IMG/VR virus record: IMGVR_UViG_3300036846_000629
Location: 1 to 41,739 of that record
From: a virus
Direction: 5' to 3' (one strand)
DNA length: 41,739 nt
The translations under genes and the position numbers were made by a program. Each line of letters begins with the position of its first letter. Within the stretch, counting starts at the first letter, position 1. The notes beneath the pieces were generated by a model. That model was not told the DNA's origin, searched no databases, and was given only the letters and a program-made list of their open reading frames with translations. Below are positions 22,067 to 28,243 of the stretch, one piece after another.

Positions 22067-23243
22067 CAGCCAAGCGCTCGTCCATATGATTGAGCGGGTT
22101 GCGCGGGACGTATCATTTCCGATCGATCGGCTGGAAAAGATGATGGAAATGCACGAGCGCGTCACTCTGCGAAATGCGGAGGCGAGCTGGAACGAGGCCA
22201 TGGCTGCGGCGCAATCCGAAATTTCCGTGGTCGGGTTCGACTCCAATAATCCGCAAACGCGCAGCCGCTACGCAAGCTATGCATCCATGGATGCCGTTGT
22301 CAGGCCGATTTACACAAAATACGGGTTTGCTCTTACGTTCGGAACGGATTCCGCTCAGAGAGTGGATGATGTCACTATTACTTGCACCGTCTCGAAGGGC
22401 GGATATTCCAAGCATTACAGCATTTCCATGCCCGCGGATGGCAAAGGCGCCAGGGGCAACGAGGTAATGACGAGGACGCATGCGACTGGATCGGCCGTAA
22501 CGTATGGTCGCCGGTACTTGCTCTCGATGATCTTCAACATTGCATGCGGCGAGGTCGACGATGATGGCAATCTGGCCGGAAAGTATCAAACGGCCAGAGC
22601 CCGTAACAGTGATATTGCAAAGTTGCCTCCCGACAAGCGCGGCGCGGCGACCGAATACGCCCACGAGGTTGACGCCGAACGTATAGGCCAAGGCATGATA
22701 AATGCAGCTCGTGCTGTTCCCCGGCCGGCTACCGAAACGGAGACGGATGGGGCAAGAGAAAGATTCTGGAATAAAAATCGAAAGACCCCTGCCGTCATCC
22801 CGCCCCATGACGAGGACGGCGTCATCATCGAGCAACCTACCGACCGCTCGGCCGCGCTTCAATACATATGCGTGACGCGCGATGTGATCCGCACCGCGCA
22901 CGATCCGGACAAACTGACGTCATGGCTCAATAGTCCCGAGCAGAAACAAGAACGACAAAAAGCTAAGCTCACGGATGAGGAACTGATATCGCTCAGAGAT
23001 TTTGCCGCCGCGCGCAAGGCGCAGCTCAAAGCCGCCAACGGTAATGGTGTCCCCAGCCATGAAGACACGGAGGCATTTTACAGGTACGTGACCGCAAAAA
23101 TGGTGGCAGCCAAGGATAAGGATGAATTGGCAAATGTGTATGCGGCCATTGTCGAGCCAGTGGAAAGCAAGATGTTCCCGCCCGATGTCACTGCGTTGAC
23201 TGATGCCTATGCCCGACGGGAACGGCAACTGAAAGACGAATAA
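22011..23243 (+). CDS. erf: ERF-family single-strand annealing recombinase, 410 aa.
   Basis: RYASYASMDAVVRPIYTKYGFAL...HATGSAVTYGRRYLLSMIFNIACGEVDDDGN, the ERF core signature. Confidence 0.8.
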   Translation: MNTQITTQQITHAGTLPTDSQALVHMIERVARDVSFPIDRLEKMMEMHERVTLRNAEASWNEAMAAAQSEISVVGFDSNNPQTRSRYASYASMDAVVRPIYTKYGFALTFGTDSAQRVDDVTITCTVSKGGYSKHYSISMPADGKGARGNEVMTRTHATGSAVTYGRRYLLSMIFNIACGEVDDDGNLAGKYQTARARNSDIAKLPPDKRGAATEYAHEVDAERIGQGMINAARAVPRPATETETDGARERFWNKNRKTPAVIPPHDEDGVIIEQPTDRSAALQYICVTRDVIRTAHDPDKLTSWLNSPEQKQERQKAKLTDEELISLRDFAAARKAQLKAANGNGVPSHEDTEAFYRYVTAKMVAAKDKDELANVYAAIVEPVESKMFPPDVTALTDAYARRERQLKDE

Positions 23244-23254
23244 TGACCGCTCTC

Positions 23255-23319
23255 CTCGTCGCGCCGCGACGCGGCTCACCGCTCCGCCCCGCCCCGCTCC
23301 GCTCCGCCCCGCTACGTCC
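23255..23319 (+). repeat. (CGCNN)n array unit 0: 13 phased pentamers between erf and the 199-aa gene.
   Basis: CTCGT CGCGC CGCGA CGCGG CTCAC CGCTC CGCCC CGCCC CGCTC CGCTC CGCCC CGCTA CGTCC. Confidence 0.9.
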
Positions 23320-23337
23320 ATAACGGAGGACCCAAAC

Positions 23338-23937
23338 ATGCCCATCATCGTAAATTTTGTTATCACAGGCATCGCGTCGTACAGCCAATCAAAGCCGCAC
23401 CTTTCCGATATGCAGCCGAACGAGTCGCACGACGATTACCGGCAGCGTACATGGCGAGCGCATCTCCATGTCGACCGCGACAAGAAGGTGTTCATCCCGC
23501 CTTCCGCAATCAAAAACTGCCTGTCAGAGGGTGCCAAGTTCATGAATATCGGAGTTCCGGGCAAAGGCAAGGCAACGTATACGAAACACTTCGAGGCGGG
23601 GCTCGCTGTGATCAAGCCGATCTCGCTAGGCATATTGGCCAAGGATGTAGAGAGCGAAACCTTGTTTCTGCCTGCCGACGGTCGCCGCGGGAGCGGGAAG
23701 AGAGTATGGAAAACCTATCCGGTCCTCCCGTCATGGGAAGGAAAAGTGGAGGTCATTGTCCTTGACGAAACTTGCCTGCACACATCGCAGCGTACCGGCA
23801 ACACGATCTTGCAGGATGTATGTGAGGGCAGCGGGCAGTATATCGGCCTCGGCCGGTTCAGACCGCGAAACAATGGCCACTATGGACGGTTTGTCATCAA
23901 GGATTTTGTCGTCAATGCGATGGCATCTGCAGCATGA
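23338..23937 (+). CDS. Orphan 199-aa protein flanked by pentanucleotide arrays.
   Basis: GGAGGA RBS. MPIIVNFVITGIASYSQSKPHLSD... I recognise no family. Confidence 0.7.
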   Translation: MPIIVNFVITGIASYSQSKPHLSDMQPNESHDDYRQRTWRAHLHVDRDKKVFIPPSAIKNCLSEGAKFMNIGVPGKGKATYTKHFEAGLAVIKPISLGILAKDVESETLFLPADGRRGSGKRVWKTYPVLPSWEGKVEVIVLDETCLHTSQRTGNTILQDVCEGSGQYIGLGRFRPRNNGHYGRFVIKDFVVNAMASAA

Positions 23938-24371
23938 GCTTTGCGGCGCGACGCATCGCAGCACCGCGCCCCGCCGCGCAACGCGGCACTCCGCGCCGCA
24001 ACGCGTCGCCGCACATCGCCACGCATCACACCGCAACGAAAGTCCCTGGCCACATGAGCTTCACGCCGCATCGCTGCGTACCGCTACGCCGCACTCCGCG
24101 TCGCATCGCGTCGCAGTACCCCGCGCCGCTGTGCCCCGCAGCGCAACGCATCACACCGCAACGCAACGAAAGTTCCCGGAGCTGGCCACATGAACTTCTC
24201 GCCGCGGTGCCCCGCCCCGCTCCGCTCCGCCGCGCCCCGCTCCGCGTCGCAGTGCACCGCGTCGCCCCGCAGCGCTCCGCTCCGTACCGCTCCGCGTCGC
24301 CACGTTTCGCGCCACCCTGTGGCGCGCCGCAGCACACCGCATCGCTTCGCATCGCAACGAAAGGTTCGCAC
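23933..24371 (+). repeat. Three tandem (CGCNN)n units with heads at 23933, 24053 and 24189. Phased cores at 23947-24041, 24067-24171 and 24203-24362.
   Basis: Hand-parsed: 19, 21 and 32 pentamers in unbroken register. Each unit starts CATGA(G/A)CTT and ends CGCAACGAAAG. Confidence 0.9.
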
Positions 24372-24866
24372 ATGAAACCCACACTAGAATTGAGCGCCGA
24401 CACGCAACGGCTCATCGACTTCCTGGTCTCCCGCGACAGGGCAACCTATGCTGAGATGTCATCGGCCACCGGCCGGAACATCGAAGGCCGCGACCGCTAT
24501 GTCCTGTCCAGCGCGCGACGTGTATTGGAAAAACAGCGTGGCATTGTCTTTGCGGCCGAGCGCGGGGTCGGAGTCGTCCGCGCCACCAACACCCAAGTTG
24601 CTACCCTGGCAACCATCCATCCAATCAACAGGATCAGACGGGCAACCAGCGTCGCGCAGAAACGTCAGGAGCAGGTCAACATTCAGGCCCTTACGGCTGA
24701 TGACCGATTGGCGTTCGACATCGGCCGCAGCGTGATTTCCGCCATCCGCAGCAACACTTCGCAGTCGCTCCGCACCAGATTGCGGGAGGAGATCGAGAGG
24801 CGGGACGGCGGCATCGTCAACATCACCAGCGTTCTGGCGTTGCCGCGCCACCAAAAAAGAGCGTGA
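24372..24866 (+). CDS. Orphan 164-aa protein flanked on both sides by pentanucleotide arrays.
   Basis: AAAGG RBS, ATG 24372. MKPTLELSADTQRLIDFLVSRDRATYAEMSSATG... The composition is normal, unlike the 146 upstream codons of track ORF 23934..24866. Confidence 0.65.
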   Translation: MKPTLELSADTQRLIDFLVSRDRATYAEMSSATGRNIEGRDRYVLSSARRVLEKQRGIVFAAERGVGVVRATNTQVATLATIHPINRIRRATSVAQKRQEQVNIQALTADDRLAFDIGRSVISAIRSNTSQSLRTRLREEIERRDGGIVNITSVLALPRHQKRA

Positions 24867-25250
24867 GCTTTGCGATGCTCAGCAGTGCAGCGCGCCGCCC
24901 CGTCCTGCAACGCGGCTCATCGCAGCGCTTCGCGCCGCCCCGCATCGCGACGCGGCTCACCGCACCACCACGCGCCGCAACGCTACGCTTCGCGTCGCTC
25001 CGCATTGCGCCGCTCCGCAGCGCTCCGCTCCGCAACGCAACGCAACGCAACGTAATACAGGGGGCACCATGAGCTTCACGTCGCGCCACGCCGCGCCGCT
25101 CCGCCGTGCACTGCTCCGCAACGCATCTCGTCGCATCGCATCGCACCGCATCGCTGCGCTCTGCCACGCATCGCGACGCTGCACGCCGCAGCACCCCTCG
25201 GCTCTTCGCATCGCTCCGCTCCGCAACGCAACGCAACGCAACGTAAAGAC
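24862..25250 (+). repeat. Two tandem (CGCNN)n units with heads at 24862 and 25068. Phased cores at 24891-25055 and 25082-25246, each ending in (CGCAA)4 CGTAA.
   Basis: Hand-parsed: 33 + 33 pentamers. The printed 10-nt blocks from 24891 to 25051 all begin cgc or cgt. Confidence 0.9.
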
Positions 25251-25261
25251 ATGAGGGCAGC

Positions 25262-25657
25262 ATGACCGGATTATCTCCTCCGGATATCCCGGACGACCGT
25301 CTGCTGACGCTCCAGGATGCCTGCGACCTGCTGTTCGGTAATCAGATCAAGGTCGCCACGCTGCGCTCGGAGATCGACCGTGGCAACCTGACAGTGTTCC
25401 GCATCGGCAGGCGCTTCTTCACCACCCCCCAGCAAATCCGCGAGATGGTCCAAAAATGCCGCGTCCACGGTCCCCTGCGAGGCTCGTCCTCGATCGCATC
25501 AGACGCGAGTGGATTATCCGAGACGGAACGTATTTCGGCCGCACAGGCTGCCCTGAAAATGACGTTGGAGGGGCTCAAGGGGCGCTTGCCAAATACATCG
25601 GCAACAAGTACCGCCCGGCCCCTACTCCGACGCCGTCGATTGCCGATGTCCTCCTAG
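25262..25657 (+). CDS. Excisionase / AlpA-like HTH protein, 131 aa. The C-terminal 67 codons overlap int out of frame.
   Basis: LLTLQDACDLLFGNQIKVATLRSEIDRGNLTVFRIGRRFFTTPQQIREMV. GAGGG RBS. Confidence 0.55.
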   Translation: MTGLSPPDIPDDRLLTLQDACDLLFGNQIKVATLRSEIDRGNLTVFRIGRRFFTTPQQIREMVQKCRVHGPLRGSSSIASDASGLSETERISAAQAALKMTLEGLKGRLPNTSATSTARPLLRRRRLPMSS

Positions 25658-26466
25658 CCTATAGCCGGGAGCACGTGCCACATAAACGCTCCGCAAGCAA
25701 GATTGTGCATACCATCGCCAACCTGGCGCGATGGTGGGGCGACAAACGGCTCGCCGATGTCACGGCCCGGACCTGCCGGGCCTATGCCGCCGAACGACCT
25801 CCGGTGGCTGCCCGCCGCGATCTGGAAACGCTGCGGGCCGCGATCCGATACTGGCATCGCGAATACGGTCCTTTGCCGTCGATCCCATTCGTGGTGCTCC
25901 CGGACAAGCCAGCGGCACGGGAGCGCTGGCTGACCCGCGAGGAGGCGGCACGCCTGCTATGGGCTGCCCGTGATGTCGAGCACCTGCGCCGGTTCGTCCT
26001 TCTCGGCCTCTACACCGGCAGCCGCGCCGGGGCGATCTTGGGCGCGCGCTGGGACTGGATCGACCTCGACACCGGCCTGATGCGGCGACGGGCTCCTGGG
26101 GCCACCGAGAGTACCAAGCGCACACCGCCGATCCGGCTGGCAGCTGGCATCCTCGCTCACGTGCGCCGCTGGTGGCGGATCGATGCCATGTCCGTTGGCA
26201 ATGAGCCGGAACTCATCCGCCCCCTGTTCATCTGCCATTACAATGGCGGCCAGGTCATCAAGCTTCGCCGCTCTTGGCAGGCCGCAGTCGGCCGTGCCGG
26301 CCTCGACGGCAAGGTTACGCCCCATACCCTACGTCATACCCGCGCCACCTGGCTCATGCGCGACGGCGTCAATATTTGGGATGCCGCACAGCAGCTCGGC
26401 ATGTCGGCAATCATCCTGGAGCGCACCTACGGCCATCATCAAGCCGACTATCAGATACGGAAATGA
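25456..26466 (+). CDS. int: Tyrosine recombinase / phage integrase, 336 aa.
   Basis: HTLRHTRATWLMRDG and LERTYGHH catalytic motifs. N-terminal ARLVLDRIRREWIIRDGTYFGRTGC...ALAKYI arm-binding-type region. Confidence 0.9.
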   Translation: MPRPRSPARLVLDRIRREWIIRDGTYFGRTGCPENDVGGAQGALAKYIGNKYRPAPTPTPSIADVLLAYSREHVPHKRSASKIVHTIANLARWWGDKRLADVTARTCRAYAAERPPVAARRDLETLRAAIRYWHREYGPLPSIPFVVLPDKPAARERWLTREEAARLLWAARDVEHLRRFVLLGLYTGSRAGAILGARWDWIDLDTGLMRRRAPGATESTKRTPPIRLAAGILAHVRRWWRIDAMSVGNEPELIRPLFICHYNGGQVIKLRRSWQAAVGRAGLDGKVTPHTLRHTRATWLMRDGVNIWDAAQQLGMSAIILERTYGHHQADYQIRK

Positions 26467-26471
26467 GGGTT

Positions 26472-26491
26472 TCTGTGCCATATCTGTGCCA
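26472..26491 (+). promoter_or_regulatory. Direct repeats TCTGTGCCA x2 at 26472 and 26483. Candidate integrase arm-type sites, left of the core.
   Basis: Read directly. The related CTGTGCC(A) x2 lies on the other side of the tRNA fragment. Confidence 0.5.
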
Positions 26492-26532
26492 CTTTGGGGG
26501 GAGGATACCATACTAAGTGGTTGATTTTGTTG

Positions 26533-26578
26533 TGGGCGGTGACGGACTCGAACCGCCGACCCTCTCGGTGTAAACGAG
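26533..26578 (-). other. attP core: 3' portion of tRNA-Val(TAC), covering the anticodon stem-loop, variable loop, T-arm and acceptor 3' strand. It is not a complete tRNA.
   Basis: The reverse complement reads CTCG TTTACAC CGAG AGGGTC GGCGG TTCGAGT CCGTC ACCGCCC A. No matching 5' acceptor or D-arm lies upstream. It sits 67 nt after the int stop. Confidence 0.7.
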
Positions 26579-26629
26579 TCGCTTCATTGAAATATAACGA
26601 TTTTTCGTCGTAAAACGTGGGAACTGAAC

Positions 26630-27190
26630 ATGAACAACAGCAGAACATCGGAACGTATCTGTGCCGAAACTGTGCCACCCAGCCCCGGGCGTTCACGGCG
26701 CAGATCAACTCAGAATTCCTCCGGGAAGGATCGCCCAAAATTCTGGCTCTATTGCCAGCGTACCGCGCGCGCAGCAAGTGAGCGCGCAAAGGCCAAGCGA
26801 GTGCCATTCGCCATAAATGCGCGCTTCATCGACGAACTCTTTGTGGATCAAAACTGGTGCTGCGCCATAAGTGGAGTGCCATTTGAGTCTCCCGGGGTAA
26901 AAAAGGCGCCGTTTGGACCAAGTCTCGATCGCATCGTTCCGACACTCGGGTATGTTCCAGGAAATGTTCGACTTGTATGCACGATCGTCAACGAGGCCAT
27001 GGGAGATTGGGGACTCAAGAATTTGACGACGCTCGTCAATGCAATGGCGAAGCGACAACGCGGCCATAACGCTCGAAGAGAGCGGCTTCGCCAAGATGGA
27101 GTGAATGCTGACGTTGTCCAATTAAATCAAATGGTTACAGCATGGGAACAAACACGGATCAAAGCCGGGAAGTGCCGATCGGCATCGTGA
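26630..27190 (+). CDS. HNH-like nuclease-domain protein, 186 aa. The start is uncertain.
   Basis: CCAISGVPF...PSLDRIVPTLGYVPGNVRLVCTIVNEAMGDW resembles the C..G....S.DRID...GY...NV.....N..K HNH-variant pattern. Confidence 0.5.
   Translation: MNNSRTSERICAETVPPSPGRSRRRSTQNSSGKDRPKFWLYCQRTARAASERAKAKRVPFAINARFIDELFVDQNWCCAISGVPFESPGVKKAPFGPSLDRIVPTLGYVPGNVRLVCTIVNEAMGDWGLKNLTTLVNAMAKRQRGHNARRERLRQDGVNADVVQLNQMVTAWEQTRIKAGKCRSAS
26658..26677 (+). promoter_or_regulatory. Direct repeats TCTGTGCC / CTGTGCCA at 26658 and 26670. Candidate arm-type sites, right of the core.
   Basis: Read directly. Confidence 0.45.
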
Positions 27191-27342
27191 TGGAGTGCGA
27201 CCATCAGGCCAATAAAGTGCGTGTGGACAAGCGAGGCGACCAGTTCGTCGAGCGCTGCGAATGTGGGGTTTGGCGACCAATCCGGAACGGCAAGAACGCA
27301 TGGTGCCAGCCGGCCCCGCCCCAACCAGAGGCAGAGCGATGA
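27142..27342 (+). CDS. Hypothetical 66-aa protein.
   Basis: ORF track. CDH...CECGVW cysteines. Confidence 0.4.
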   Translation: MGTNTDQSREVPIGIVMECDHQANKVRVDKRGDQFVERCECGVWRPIRNGKNAWCQPAPPQPEAER

Positions 27343-27368
27343 GCGAGCCGACATGAGGCCCTTAGAGC

Positions 27369-27761
27369 ATGAAGCTTCCGCTGCCTGAAAAGCTCGAGTG
27401 CGGCCGGGTACGAACTGGCCCATGGGCCAGCACGCCGGCTTATGAGGGGTGCGGCATGTTCATTGTGCAGGGCCCGTGCGGCGCCGAGCTGGCGATCGTG
27501 GCATCAGACGCGATCGAGGACCCCAATGCCCGCGGCTGGGAGCATGTCAGCGTCTCGACCTCTCGGCGTCCGCCCAACTGGCGGGAGATGTGCTGGGTCA
27601 AGGGCCTGTTCTGGGGCGACGAGGATTGCGTGGTGCAGTTCCATCCGCGGCGCTCGCAATACGTCGACATCCATCCCTATACCCTGCACATGTGGCATCG
27701 TCCCGAAGGCTTTCCCGAGCCACCGTCGATTTTGGTAGGCCCAAGAATGGAGGCACCCTAA
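27369..27761 (+). CDS. Conserved phage hypothetical protein, 130 aa (WEHVSVS family).
   Basis: GWEHVSVSTSRRPPNWREMCWVKGLFWGDEDCVVQFHP...LHMWHRP is a pattern I recall from many prophages. Function unknown. Confidence 0.6.
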   Translation: MKLPLPEKLECGRVRTGPWASTPAYEGCGMFIVQGPCGAELAIVASDAIEDPNARGWEHVSVSTSRRPPNWREMCWVKGLFWGDEDCVVQFHPRRSQYVDIHPYTLHMWHRPEGFPEPPSILVGPRMEAP

Positions 27762-28013
27762 ATGGCTCACTCCGTCATATTTATCGACAGCGGGCGGGAG
27801 CCGCAGTGTCCGTCCAATCCGGCCTATCCGAACGGCAAGCACCTCCGCGCCGCCGGGACTGGGCCGACGTGCGAGGTGAAGTTGCCCTACCCGGCGCCGC
27901 GATGCGGAGTGATGGTGGTCAAGTGTGATGCCTGTGGGCTGAGCGTCGGCCTGACGGTCGCCGGACGCCCCGATGATCCTTGCGCCGTCACGCTGGCGTG
28001 CAAGTCTCCTTAA
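27762..28013 (+). CDS. Hypothetical 83-aa Cys-rich protein.
   Basis: DSGREPQCP...LPYPAPRCG...KCDACG...AGRPDDPC. Confidence 0.55.
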   Translation: MAHSVIFIDSGREPQCPSNPAYPNGKHLRAAGTGPTCEVKLPYPAPRCGVMVVKCDACGLSVGLTVAGRPDDPCAVTLACKSP

Positions 28014-28243
28014 GGTGGCGACACGACACAACGCGACAGAATGTCGGTGACGTATTTCTGATACTCATGCTGCTGCGCGATCATCATGTTGCGAAAATTG
28101 GCCCCTACATTGAGCGCATAGAAGGCAAACACCAGCAGTCCTATCATCACTACAGTCATCGCCAGCACGGCGGGCTGCTGCCTCAGACCCTCGACGATTC
28201 CACTAACGGCCTTTCCAGCCTCCTCGACTGGCCCTGGGCTCAT
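28010..28243 (-). CDS. Single-TM lysis-cassette protein, 77 aa. Holin candidate.
   Basis: AVLAMTVVMIGLLVFAFYAL is a TM segment. ATGA overlap with the endolysin stop. Confidence 0.5.
   Translation of the reverse strand: MSPGPVEEAGKAVSGIVEGLRQQPAVLAMTVVMIGLLVFAFYALNVGANFRNMMIAQQHEYQKYVTDILSRCVVSPP

Noticed and set aside
22113-22901. The 262-aa minus-strand ORF.
   Set aside because: It is antisense to the ERF recombinase gene, which carries the family signature.
23934-24371. The N-terminal 146 codons of track ORF 23934..24866 (MSFAARRIAAPRPAAQRG...), taken as an ordinary part of that protein.
   Set aside because: This stretch is the triple (CGCNN)n array. Its R/A/P composition is dictated by the 5-nt DNA period and changes abruptly to normal protein composition at ATG 24372, which has its own AAAGG RBS. 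It is kept only as a translation possibility in the findings.
23255-25250. CRISPR array, or classical replication iterons, as an explanation of the repeat field.
   Set aside because: There is no alternation of conserved repeats of 25-40 bp with unique spacers. The periodicity is 5 nt with only a triplet conserved. There is no AT-rich unwinding region and no cas genes.
23255-25250. G-quadruplex or i-motif formation as the main feature, for example GGGGCGGGGC on the minus strand at 23285-23300 and 24210-24240.
   Set aside because: Runs of three or more G or C are confined to a few pentamers. Most units are CGCAT, CGCAA or CGCTC, which cannot form G4 or i-motif structures. So this does not explain the array as a whole.
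24026-25263. Minus-strand ORFs across the arrays (24026..24415, 24084..24371, 24151..24384, 24823..25263, 24957..25241) and plus-strand ORFs 24190..24375, 24863..25072, 24870..25055 and 25069..25254.
   Set aside because: All six frames are open here simply because CGCNN and its complement contain no stop codons. The products are Arg/Cys/Ala-rich periodic strings. The antisense ones lack RBSs and operon context.
26517-26600. A complete tRNA gene next to int.
   Set aside because: Only the anticodon arm through the 3' acceptor strand is present. Upstream sequence (cgttatatttcaatgaagcga in the tRNA sense) cannot form the acceptor 5' strand or D-arm, and the 3' end is followed by CAA, not CCA.
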